A stretch of 64,000 bases of DNA from a virus. The notes under the pieces are model-generated. The model was given only the letters and a program-made list of their open reading frames with translations, searched no databases and had not been told where the DNA came from. Numbering within the stretch: the stretch's first letter is position 1; every line of letters starts with the position of its first letter. Positions 48,224 to 56,348 of this stretch are shown in pieces. A program made the position numbers and the translations under genes. The stretch is taken from the IMG/VR virus record IMGVR_UViG_3300021197_001787, positions 32,001-96,000 of that record; one strand, written 5' to 3'.

Positions 48224-49072
48224 TTAATCCTTTTTGGCTTTATTCTCATTTACAATCTGAATTGCTTTCTTTAGAACCTCGCGAACTTTTGCCTCGGGGA
48301 TTGCTCGTTTATAACGTGCTTTCCCACCACGACCAGCCTTGGCCTGTGGAGCATTCTCCGGACGATCAGCAAGACCTGTTTCTTCAAGCTCTTCAGCGTC
48401 TTCGCCCTCATCGAGCGTTTCATCGGCATCAGCAGCTTCAGTTACATCCTCCTCAACGGATTCCTCAACGGTTTCTTCAGCCGCTTCTTCGGTAACCGCT
48501 TCTTCAGTAACTTCTTCTTCGCTCTCTGCTTGTAACTCACCTTTTCCATTAAACTCATTAAACTCCTCAAGGGTGTTAAATTTAAATCCCCACGCTTCAG
48601 ATAAAAGCGTACCAATTTCTTTTTCTTTCCAATCATTGAATGACATCTTATAGTCTCCTTCTTGTAGATGTTCGTAATAAATAGTCTCGTTTTTCTCTTT
48701 AAGCATGTCTTCAAAGTCTCTCAAACACATGCTGCCGTCTTTATTAGCCAATTCTTCAGCCTTTCTCATCAACGGATCTTTTTGTGCATATCCAGGCCCA
48801 AGGTACTCAGAACCGTCAAACATACCATCACAATGTTGTTTGTGATGCACTAATTCATGTCCAAGTGAGCGTAAGATATCTTTTGGGTGTCGTCCTGAAA
48901 TATATAAAAACACTGATTTGTCTTCAGGGTCATAATATGCTGTTTTACCCAAAGGGTTTTTTGCGTTTGATTTATCTCTTTTCAAAAATAATCTTGGAGG
49001 ACTTGTAAAACCTATGTGTTTCTGCGCAAATGGCATGAATTTTTTAATTAAATCTTTTAGGACATCATCCAT
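48224..49072 (-). CDS. Zincin-motif protein with Glu-rich repeat tail
   Basis: LGHELVHHKQ (HExxH); EEEVTEEAVTEEAAEETVEESVEE acidic repeats. Confidence 0.65.
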   Translation of the reverse strand: MDDVLKDLIKKFMPFAQKHIGFTSPPRLFLKRDKSNAKNPLGKTAYYDPEDKSVFLYISGRHPKDILRSLGHELVHHKQHCDGMFDGSEYLGPGYAQKDPLMRKAEELANKDGSMCLRDFEDMLKEKNETIYYEHLQEGDYKMSFNDWKEKEIGTLLSEAWGFKFNTLEEFNEFNGKGELQAESEEEVTEEAVTEEAAEETVEESVEEDVTEAADADETLDEGEDAEELEETGLADRPENAPQAKAGRGGKARYKRAIPEAKVREVLKKAIQIVNENKAKKD

Positions 49073-49093
49073 TATAAATTACCTAGCTTAAAA

Positions 49094-49101
49094 TAAATAG
49101 T
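49094..49101 (-). promoter_or_regulatory. Candidate late promoter ACTATTTA
   Basis: 22 nt upstream of ATG 49072. Confidence 0.6.
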
Positions 49102-49112
49102 TAGCTTATCAA

Positions 49113-49376
49113 TCATATATTATTTTCTTTATAAGTTTGTGATACCAATCTTAGTGTAAAGGTAAAAAATGAAAGTTCTATACTGTTATCATCCAGTGGG
49201 ACTACTCTAGAAATTGACACAAGACGATTTGAGCGTACTTCATTTTGTATATCAACTAGAATACCTAGGTATTCAACCCAGTCATTCGTTTCTTCTGAAA
49301 ACTTAGACCAAGCAACGATATCGCCTACCTGTAATTTCTCGGCGCTAGAGTATCCAAATTCTTTTTCTTGTTGCAT
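49113..49376 (-). CDS. Small KOW/SH3-like hypothetical protein
   Basis: LQVGDIVAW...LGILVDI. Confidence 0.65.
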   Translation of the reverse strand: MQQEKEFGYSSAEKLQVGDIVAWSKFSEETNDWVEYLGILVDIQNEVRSNRLVSISRVVPLDDNSIELSFFTFTLRLVSQTYKENNI

Positions 49377-49416
49377 TTTAACAGTTTATAAATATATTGC
49401 TACTACAAAAAATATT

Positions 49417-49569
49417 TTATATAACATGATTAGTAGATTTTAATTTAAAAGCTACCAACATAGATAACAACGTCACCATTGTTATCTCATATCCTAAGAA
49501 GCCATAGAAAATCCAAGTTCCTACAAGGCAAATTAAAAATTTCCAAAAATAATTAAACGTAAATAACAT
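49417..49569 (-). CDS. Small two-TM hypothetical protein (50 aa, absent from ORF track)
   Basis: Manually read MLFTFNYFWKFLICLVGTWIFYGFLGYEITMVTLLSMLVAFKLKSTNHVI; TAATG coupling to upstream gene. Confidence 0.7.
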   Translation of the reverse strand: MLFTFNYFWKFLICLVGTWIFYGFLGYEITMVTLLSMLVAFKLKSTNHVI

Positions 49570-49880
49570 TAATTAAATCCTACTTCTTCTAATTCTTCAA
49601 AAGGTACCGCAAACAAAAAATTTCCGTCATAGATTAAAACTCTTTCAAATTCATCAAATTCATAATCAACAACATAAACCTTAGCTCCACAAAATAATCT
49701 TTTATGGGCTCTTTGGGCCGGCACCCAGAACCATTTTTCTTCTTTATTTTTACCTTTACAATTAATGTAACAAGGATTTATCAATTTATCGTCTGGATTG
49801 GGTGTTTTACCAGATATCTGTCTTATAATTTGTCTCAATCTTTCCTCATCTAAATTTTTCCATGCCATATCAATAACCAC
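49569..49880 (-). CDS. Hypothetical protein
   Basis: 103 aa; start may be 49868. Confidence 0.65.
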   Translation of the reverse strand: MVIDMAWKNLDEERLRQIIRQISGKTPNPDDKLINPCYINCKGKNKEEKWFWVPAQRAHKRLFCGAKVYVVDYEFDEFERVLIYDGNFLFAVPFEELEEVGFN

Positions 49881-50130
49881 AACTCACTAGTTTTAGACAA
49901 GTATTCAAATCATTCCTATCATACTGTGTCTCTGCTAGTAAGTATTGTTTGTTTAGATCATTAAACACTTCATGTTCATCGTCCATGAAAAATAATTTAT
50001 CATACCATATCCATTTTACAATAAAATTGTCTTTTTTTAAATCGGTTATGATACCTAATTTGATGTTTTGATAATTTTCAGAAAAATATAAGCTAACAAT
50101 ATCGCCTAGCTTAATCTTATTGCGTAACAT
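49870..50130 (-). CDS. Small KOW/SH3-like hypothetical protein
   Basis: IKLGDIV...LGIITD...VKW. Confidence 0.65.
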   Translation of the reverse strand: MLRNKIKLGDIVSLYFSENYQNIKLGIITDLKKDNFIVKWIWYDKLFFMDDEHEVFNDLNKQYLLAETQYDRNDLNTCLKLVSCGY

Positions 50131-50138
50131 TATAATTT

Positions 50139-50167
50139 AACATAACACTAACAATTAAATTTAGCAA
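50139..50167 (-). promoter_or_regulatory. Sigma70-type promoter
   Basis: Minus strand TTGCTA-N17-TATGTT with TG extension. Confidence 0.55.
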
Positions 50168-50491
50168 CTAAATTATATGATTGTATGCTAAAAGAAAACC
50201 AGTTATTGCTTGCACAATCATAAAAATTGTGACTGCTTTAGTTTTAAATTCTTTTAATTCTTCAACTTCGTCAAACTTCATTTGTAGCTGACTAGGGGAA
50301 GCAACATCATCCATCTTTTCTTTCCAAGTTTTCAAATCTTGAACTCGGTCTTCTTTTGCTTTTAATTCACTTAATTGTTCTTTAACAACTTGTAGTTCTG
50401 AACGTAGTCCTTCGATTCCGTTAGCCATAGTTTCTAGTTGTTGTAAAACTAGTTTTGAGTAGGTTTCCCACCCATTTCCATTATCAGACAT
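50168..50491 (-). CDS. Coiled-coil protein with C-terminal TM helix (XhlA/holin-like architecture)
   Basis: Heptad pattern then AVTIFMIVQAITGFLLAY; GGAGG RBS. Confidence 0.55.
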   Translation of the reverse strand: MSDNGNGWETYSKLVLQQLETMANGIEGLRSELQVVKEQLSELKAKEDRVQDLKTWKEKMDDVASPSQLQMKFDEVEELKEFKTKAVTIFMIVQAITGFLLAYNHII

Positions 50492-50510
50492 TGTGTACCC
50501 TCCACGTCTT

Positions 50511-50518
50511 TAAGTAGT
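50511..50518 (-). promoter_or_regulatory. Candidate late promoter ACTACTTA
   Basis: 20 nt upstream of ATG 50491. Confidence 0.6.
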
Positions 50519-50524
50519 TGTGAA

Positions 50525-51211
50525 TTAGCAAGTCCGCGTTTCTAATTTATAGCCATTCCTAATTTCAACTACTTTATAGATAACAAGTTTAAAATCTTCG
50601 GGTTTCACATCATTTATTTCAGGGTTATCGCATACTTTAGCCAACACATCATCAATATTCTTTTGAGAATCTTCGTAATATTCAATTCGATTTATATTAG
50701 ATTTACCGTTGGGCATTATTTTATTTTTCATCATTGCGACCATGACATCTCCCTTGGACTCACCTTGTGTTGCTATAGGCCGCACTTCAGAAGAGTCTAT
50801 CCCAATTTCATCTAAATAATCCATAATAGGCCCAAGAGAATTGCCTCGTCTCGCCGTCATGATATATGTTTTAGATTCCGTTGGTGTTTTTCTCATAATG
50901 TCAGTTACAATTTTTATTTCATCGGGATCTTTTACAATTGAAAAATCACTTAAATCAATTTGATAACCTAAGTCCATCAAAGCATCCACAGCATCAAAAG
51001 CTTCTACCCCTTCTTTCGCGGCAGCTGCGTTCATATACTCTTCAAACTCCTGCTGGTCACGTAGGGTCGCTTCTGAGCCATCGGGGGCCTTAACACGTGT
51101 TTCTGACCTCGTATGGGCTATTGTCTCATCGAAGTCAAATATACGAAGAGTTGTGATGGGTTCATAGTCTTCATTCAAATACTTCCGCCAATTTTCAAGT
51201 AGGAGTTTCAT
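50525..51211 (-). CDS. HAD-superfamily phosphatase with shared N-terminal leader
   Basis: IFDFDET (motif I DxD), MTARR (motif II), YYEDS (motif IV); true start MKLLLENWRKYLNE at 51211. Confidence 0.8.
   Translation of the reverse strand: MKLLLENWRKYLNEDYEPITTLRIFDFDETIAHTRSETRVKAPDGSEATLRDQQEFEEYMNAAAAKEGVEAFDAVDALMDLGYQIDLSDFSIVKDPDEIKIVTDIMRKTPTESKTYIMTARRGNSLGPIMDYLDEIGIDSSEVRPIATQGESKGDVMVAMMKNKIMPNGKSNINRIEYYEDSQKNIDDVLAKVCDNPEINDVKPEDFKLVIYKVVEIRNGYKLETRTC
51186..51211 (-). repeat. 26-nt leader repeat copy 1 (ATGAAACTCCTACTTGAAAATTGGCG)
   Basis: Identical to copies at 51574-51599 and 52437-52462. Confidence 0.95.
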
Positions 51212-51599
51212 CTTGAACTCCAAACAATTTATTATATTCTTCATTATATAACTCTTTAACCGATACGATTGCATCGTCTTCTAGTGCCAGTGCAAAGAAT
51301 GCTGCTGCAGCACGATGGTTTCCATCCATAATATACTGATATTCGCCATTTTTAACTACAACAATTAGCGGAAATTTATAATTGGCATTCTTAACTCTGT
51401 CTGGATCTAATTTGACACTTGGCTTGTTTTTTAAGTTATTCCTTAAAGTAGATGCCTTCATATGCTTGCATTTCCTTCCTTCCTCACAGCTTTTTCCTAT
51501 GATTTTAAAAACATCATTAATAGAGACACTATCCCAAGTTGTCTCTAAACCGTGGGCTTCATTTATATACTGGCGCCAATTTTCAAGTAGGAGTTTCAT
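51195..51599 (-). CDS. ParB/Srx-like domain protein with shared N-terminal leader
   Basis: PLIVV...YIMDGNHRAAAA matches the ParB/Srx DGxHR motif; leader MKLLLENWRQYINE. Confidence 0.7.
   Translation of the reverse strand: MKLLLENWRQYINEAHGLETTWDSVSINDVFKIIGKSCEEGRKCKHMKASTLRNNLKNKPSVKLDPDRVKNANYKFPLIVVVKNGEYQYIMDGNHRAAAAFFALALEDDAIVSVKELYNEEYNKLFGVQDETPT
51574..51599 (-). repeat. 26-nt leader repeat copy 2
   Basis: Plus strand cgccaattttcaagtaggagtttcat. Confidence 0.95.
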
Positions 51600-52462
51600 T
51601 ACAGTCCACTAACTTTTAAGGCATCAGCCATCTTTTTTTGTTGTGCTATCATTTCTGGATTGCTAAACGTAGTAGACGTTGCTTCGATTGAATTTTTAGC
51701 TGCTTTAGCCGCGGCATCTGCTAGCGCCTTAGCTTCCGTTTTTTCTAAGGCCGCAACACCGCTTTCAATTACTTTTAGTAATTTACCTCCAATGTCTTGG
51801 CCAATTCCTGCGGTGACATCCTCTGGCGCATTTGCGATCTGAAGTATTCCCCCACCAATATCCTGTAAACCCTCAACTTGTGATGCGGCCTCTCCAATTT
51901 TTAACAACTGTTGCTTGTTAGCTATTATTTCTTGGCTGATCTCTCCCGTACCCAAATCCATTGTTGGTCTAGACATAACATCTCCCGCCATGGCGTCACC
52001 ACCGCCGAAAATGTGGTTTATAACATAAAGAACCAACATTGCTATAATGATTTTAATAGCAAATGAGCCTATCTTGTAAAGTGTTGGATTTTTTTCTTCA
52101 AAGCGTTGCATAAAGCTTCGTATCTTGTCGACAACTCCAAGAATCTTGCCGGCATACTTGGCCGCCTTTTCTTTCATTCTGTCTATTAACATGAATGCTT
52201 GAGTCGAGAGATACAAAACAGGATTGCTGGCCATATCAGCCAGTGCGCCCTCATCTATTTGTTCGATATGATAGTCAACAGAGCGTTCCCAGTTCTCAAG
52301 GAATGTTTCTATGGCGGACTCACTCTCGTTCAAAAGACTGAGAGCATCATAAAAAGATGTTTTAGTAACTGTATCATTTTCAAACAAATACAAATCACCG
52401 TAGTGAGATGAGTTCTTGCTTTCGTTTAAATACTGTCGCCAATTTTCAAGTAGGAGTTTCAT
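51599..52462 (-). CDS. Hypothetical protein with shared leader and one TM segment
   Basis: Start MKLLLENWRQYLNE at 52462; internal LLNE and FLENWERS echoes; TM AIKIIIAMLVLYVI. Confidence 0.75.
   Translation of the reverse strand: MKLLLENWRQYLNESKNSSHYGDLYLFENDTVTKTSFYDALSLLNESESAIETFLENWERSVDYHIEQIDEGALADMASNPVLYLSTQAFMLIDRMKEKAAKYAGKILGVVDKIRSFMQRFEEKNPTLYKIGSFAIKIIIAMLVLYVINHIFGGGDAMAGDVMSRPTMDLGTGEISQEIIANKQQLLKIGEAASQVEGLQDIGGGILQIANAPEDVTAGIGQDIGGKLLKVIESGVAALEKTEAKALADAAAKAAKNSIEATSTTFSNPEMIAQQKKMADALKVSGL
52437..52462 (-). repeat. 26-nt leader repeat copy 3
   Basis: Plus strand cgccaattttcaagtaggagtttcat. Confidence 0.95.
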
Positions 52463-52581
52463 GCACAATTATCTCCACATTCTGCAGAATTCCAGCATCC
52501 ACAACAACAGCAACATCTGCCAATTGTAAGGTCTGCTAATTTTTTTAAGTATAAACTTAATTTTTGAAACAACATATTCAT
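52459..52581 (-). CDS. Cysteine-rich microprotein (40 aa, absent from ORF track)
   Basis: MNMLFQKLSLYLKKLADLTIGRCCCCCGCWNSAECGDNCA; GGAGGAG RBS; exactly fills the gap, with ATGA overlap onto the next gene. Confidence 0.8.
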   Translation of the reverse strand: MNMLFQKLSLYLKKLADLTIGRCCCCCGCWNSAECGDNCA

Positions 52582-52583
52582 TT

Positions 52584-53165
52584 TTATTCTCCTCCGTAAA
52601 TTTCGTATAATTCTTCTTCTTTATTTTCATCTAAAATAGTAGCTACTAAATGCACTCTTGGTTTGTCGCCCCCATTTAAAGCTGTATGATAATCAGTAGT
52701 TTTCATGTAGTATACTGAACCATCTGCTAACATATGCTGTACTTCATTATTAACAATCATCAAAGACCCAGGATTTGTAATTATTGGTATATGAAGACGA
52801 TTCTCCGGATCCCTATGATAACTCAAACAAGCTCTGCTGTCTAGTTTTAAAACTCTGACCCGGCCTAATCTATAATGTTTAGAAAGTGTATCATATACGT
52901 TTTTAAAATAAGTATTCATCAGAATAGGTACGAAAATTTTATAGGCCTCTTCATTGACTTGTTTTTCAATTTGAATTTCCTCATAGTCATCATTTTTTGA
53001 CCAAAAAACCCCCCTCTGTTCAGCAGAACCAGCTTCAGTGCTTATAATACTAATACAATTTACTAGATCTCCACTAAATCCAATATTGGTGACAGCATAT
53101 TCATAAGCCCCTCTTAAGGCCGCGGCATCAAAATGGATATTTAATTTTCTAAAATTATCAATCAT
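52584..53165 (-). CDS. 2OG-Fe(II) dioxygenase, aspartyl/asparaginyl beta-hydroxylase-like
   Basis: GRVRVL, SYHRD (HxD), RLHIPI, HTALNGG..PRVHL; start 53165 preferred over 53198. Confidence 0.85.
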   Translation of the reverse strand: MIDNFRKLNIHFDAAALRGAYEYAVTNIGFSGDLVNCISIISTEAGSAEQRGVFWSKNDDYEEIQIEKQVNEEAYKIFVPILMNTYFKNVYDTLSKHYRLGRVRVLKLDSRACLSYHRDPENRLHIPIITNPGSLMIVNNEVQHMLADGSVYYMKTTDYHTALNGGDKPRVHLVATILDENKEEELYEIYGGE

Positions 53166-53166
53166 T

Positions 53167-53409
53167 TTAATTATCATACACCTTATCTGCTTTATCACTT
53201 GCGATAGTTGTTGCTTTTAACATATCTTCTGGATCAACTTCTTTAAGTATTAAATTTCCTGTTTTTGGTTCAAAATACATGCCAATTAGATCACCTTTGG
53301 AAACATTTTTCATCTCTTCTTCAGTGATTATTATTTGTCCACCATTCTTTTTTACCATCATAGTTAAAACGCTAAAAAGAAAATCTGGGTCTTGCATATA
53401 TTTGCTCAT
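53167..53409 (-). CDS. Hypothetical protein
   Basis: Start set at MSKYMQ (ATGA overlap with upstream stop). Confidence 0.65.
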   Translation of the reverse strand: MSKYMQDPDFLFSVLTMMVKKNGGQIIITEEEMKNVSKGDLIGMYFEPKTGNLILKEVDPEDMLKATTIASDKADKVYDN

Positions 53410-55877
53410 GAATTTAAGAATCCTTTCCATGTTTTAACTATACTTTCATTTGTCTGCATAAACGATGGTTGGCGAGCATTGATAAACTGAGCCAACACTC
53501 TGTTAAATACCACGTTAAGGTTGTCTTCGTCGTCCATCTCACCCTCTACAAGCTCTTGGAACAATCCAGTCATAATATCGGGCTCATCGGCATTAATCGA
53601 GAATATAGCGGTATATCTAGCCTCTCCAGCGTGTTCCACTGTTGTGGCGTTCATTTGTAAGTAATACTGAGTGTTCTGTTCTTTTCTTGGCGCATCTAAA
53701 AGTTGCTTTCTCAACTCAATTTTAAAGTCGCGAGAATCAAGAATTTGCATAAGCACTTCCATGCCTAATCCTAAATCTTCTGGATCGTAATAGTGAGAGT
53801 ATCTTGCGGTAGACTCATACGAATCGGAGTAATCTCCGTCAGTTTCTAGATCCCATTCATATGAAGTGAGATTGCCGTCGTCAATCGCCATGGCTAAATT
53901 GATGTAATCGCCACCTTCCATTTGTCCTTCGCGCTTGAAGTAACCAGTGAGGATTTCTTCTAAAGCATCTCTTCTATCATCAATTATAGCATCAACTTTT
54001 TGAAGCGCTTCTTGATATTCTTCGGGGAGGGCCATATATGAACCACCATAAATGTCGGGATGCTCAAAATTAACTTGTATGGATAACGTTATTTCATCTC
54101 TGACACGACGGATTGTGGGAGTATCAACATCAGACGGAAAAAATATATCACCAAATATATTATTTAACTCGTCAACTGAGTTCCATACAACTTCTTCCGC
54201 ATTGCTTGGGAGTCTTTTCCAATCACTTACATCCCATTTGGCAACAAAAGCTGCAAAAGGTTTAATAAACGCCCCATCGCCGCCGTCATCACCAACTTCG
54301 TAGTCGGTATATGTTTGAGCCATTCTGTCGTTGTAATCATTCATTATTTGTTCGCATTGCCCATTGTATTGTGCAATCACGTCACCAATTAAATCAGCGT
54401 CCAAAGTTTCCTCGGTGTCTGTGTTCTGGCGCATCGCACCAGCAAATTCAATATTTTTGTCACCCAACAATTGCTTCATTAATACAGCACGACCTGATGC
54501 CTTCGCAGTATCTTCGTAAGAACCACCAAAAATCATAAATTTGCTTAAATCAATCTTATCACCCTCTTTGGGCATGTTTTGTATGACTTCTTCTTGGTTT
54601 GATCTTGCCCAGTCAGTAACTTGATTGGCTAAACCGGGGATATCCGCACCATACACTCGTTTTTCAGGCATTCCAACGTCTTGGCCATCATCATAACGCT
54701 TTGGAGGCTCATCTCCTTCATAATATCTAACATGACGGATGCGTGTGCGAGAAATTGGCTCAATATCGCCGGTAAATGGACGTTTATCGTCAGCAAATAT
54801 CTCACCTTCTTGGATTTCTTGCTCTGCACTATCAATATTACCCGTGTTAGTGGCGCTCAGAAGGTCTTCTGTCTCAACCACGTATGCTACGGCTCCGTGG
54901 CCTTGAGCCTCGGCTACAGCGCATTTATAGTAGGATTGATAGGCATTTGAGCGACTAGCTGGAGAGTGGCAAGAGGTAATCTCGTCAAAATCACTCATTC
55001 TGAGCACATCTATCGGGTGTCGAGTGATAATAATGGAAAATTTGTCATTATCGATGTTATTTATCTCTTTTTTGATGTATCCGGCGTTCTTTTTCCAATA
55101 TTCGCCGTATTCAGTGGCTAGATCAGTTAAATTATAGCCCGCGGGGCCTGCAACGCCCGGATTTACGATATATAAGTAAATTTGGTCACTAATTCTTTCA
55201 AAATTTTCTAATTCTTTCTCATCAAGTGCAGCTTTACGCATTTGCTTTGTAACATAGTGTGAACTAGTAACTGGTTTACCATTTGGGCCTTTATAATCAA
55301 TACCATCCAAGTGATCATAGACTTTTTGGTATAATGCGTCTTTTCTTCGGCTTAAATCAGCCAATTTAGAGAAAAGCTTGCCAATTTTCATCTGAATCTT
55401 CTTGGTTTTCTTCTTGACGGGCTGATCACCCAAAGTATTGAAGATATCGCTGGCTGTACGTAAATCTCGCTCGGCAAACACCATACCTTTCTCCCAATCT
55501 ACATCATATTCTTGAGATCTGAAGAATTCTGCGAACTTTCCAAGCTCTGTAGACGGGTCAGTGGTCGGAAATGGTATAACAACACGCATTTTGCCACTAA
55601 AAAGGTCGTTTAGGGGCAAATTAGCTGGATCTAGGTCGTCTAATACGTCCTCAAGTACTCGCATCTCGTCTTCGGTGACTTCCCGAAGCACTTTTTCGCC
55701 TGAAGAATACAGATCTTCGTTTCTACGTCTCTTCCTTTTGGTTTTTTTGACACAATTAGGCACCATGCGGTTACCTTTTTTCTTTAGGCCGGCTTTCCTA
55801 TAACCTTTCCAGCACTTTTCTTGTAAAGTGTCCAGCAAATTTGCTGTTTTTAACAGGATTAGTTCATCATTGGTCAT
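53406..55877 (-). CDS. Large hypothetical protein (823 aa) with N-terminal basic Cys module
   Basis: LQE|KCWKGYRKAGLKKKGNRMVPNCVK module; acidic body; TRHPIDVLRMSDF..SCHS conserved-looking block. Confidence 0.7.
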   Translation of the reverse strand: MTNDELILLKTANLLDTLQEKCWKGYRKAGLKKKGNRMVPNCVKKTKRKRRRNEDLYSSGEKVLREVTEDEMRVLEDVLDDLDPANLPLNDLFSGKMRVVIPFPTTDPSTELGKFAEFFRSQEYDVDWEKGMVFAERDLRTASDIFNTLGDQPVKKKTKKIQMKIGKLFSKLADLSRRKDALYQKVYDHLDGIDYKGPNGKPVTSSHYVTKQMRKAALDEKELENFERISDQIYLYIVNPGVAGPAGYNLTDLATEYGEYWKKNAGYIKKEINNIDNDKFSIIITRHPIDVLRMSDFDEITSCHSPASRSNAYQSYYKCAVAEAQGHGAVAYVVETEDLLSATNTGNIDSAEQEIQEGEIFADDKRPFTGDIEPISRTRIRHVRYYEGDEPPKRYDDGQDVGMPEKRVYGADIPGLANQVTDWARSNQEEVIQNMPKEGDKIDLSKFMIFGGSYEDTAKASGRAVLMKQLLGDKNIEFAGAMRQNTDTEETLDADLIGDVIAQYNGQCEQIMNDYNDRMAQTYTDYEVGDDGGDGAFIKPFAAFVAKWDVSDWKRLPSNAEEVVWNSVDELNNIFGDIFFPSDVDTPTIRRVRDEITLSIQVNFEHPDIYGGSYMALPEEYQEALQKVDAIIDDRRDALEEILTGYFKREGQMEGGDYINLAMAIDDGNLTSYEWDLETDGDYSDSYESTARYSHYYDPEDLGLGMEVLMQILDSRDFKIELRKQLLDAPRKEQNTQYYLQMNATTVEHAGEARYTAIFSINADEPDIMTGLFQELVEGEMDDEDNLNVVFNRVLAQFINARQPSFMQTNESIVKTWKGFLNS

Positions 55878-55880
55878 TTT

Positions 55881-56348
55881 TTATTCTTCTTTTTCAGTGT
55901 TTGAGCGCTCTTGCCAATCTGCCGAGACTGAATCAGTTTCAATTGGGCCACCTTTAGCCCATGTTCTGCAAGATCTTGCGCTGTGGCATTTAAAATGGTG
56001 CATCCAACAGTACCCCAACACTCCATCTTCATCAGAAGTCTCACCAGGCATACATTCTTTCATTCTAGGAGATACATCGAAAGCAACACAATTCCCACAA
56101 ACTGACTTTGTTGCAGCTTCGGGGGTCGTATTCCAATATTCTGCTATTTTTACCCAGTAATCAGCGGGTTCATCAACATTTAAAGGGCCATATTGTATGT
56201 GTTCAGCTTTGATAGCAGAATCTCGGTTTTTTGTATTTAGCTCCAAGTCTTGAGTAGCCTCCGGACAAACCAAATCCGTAATTTTTGATATAGTAAGTTT
56301 TACTTCTTCCGATAAGTATCGGCGCCAATTTTCAATTAATAGTTTCAT
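55881..56348 (-). CDS. Cys/His-rich hypothetical protein with shared N-terminal leader
   Basis: MKLLIENWRRYLSEE; CGNC...C...YCWMHHFKCHSARSC putative metal site. Confidence 0.8.
   Translation of the reverse strand: MKLLIENWRRYLSEEVKLTISKITDLVCPEATQDLELNTKNRDSAIKAEHIQYGPLNVDEPADYWVKIAEYWNTTPEAATKSVCGNCVAFDVSPRMKECMPGETSDEDGVLGYCWMHHFKCHSARSCRTWAKGGPIETDSVSADWQERSNTEKEE
56323..56348 (-). repeat. Leader repeat copy 4 (degenerate: ATGAAACTATTAATTGAAAATTGGCG)
   Basis: Differs from the other three copies at 3 of 26 positions. Confidence 0.9.
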
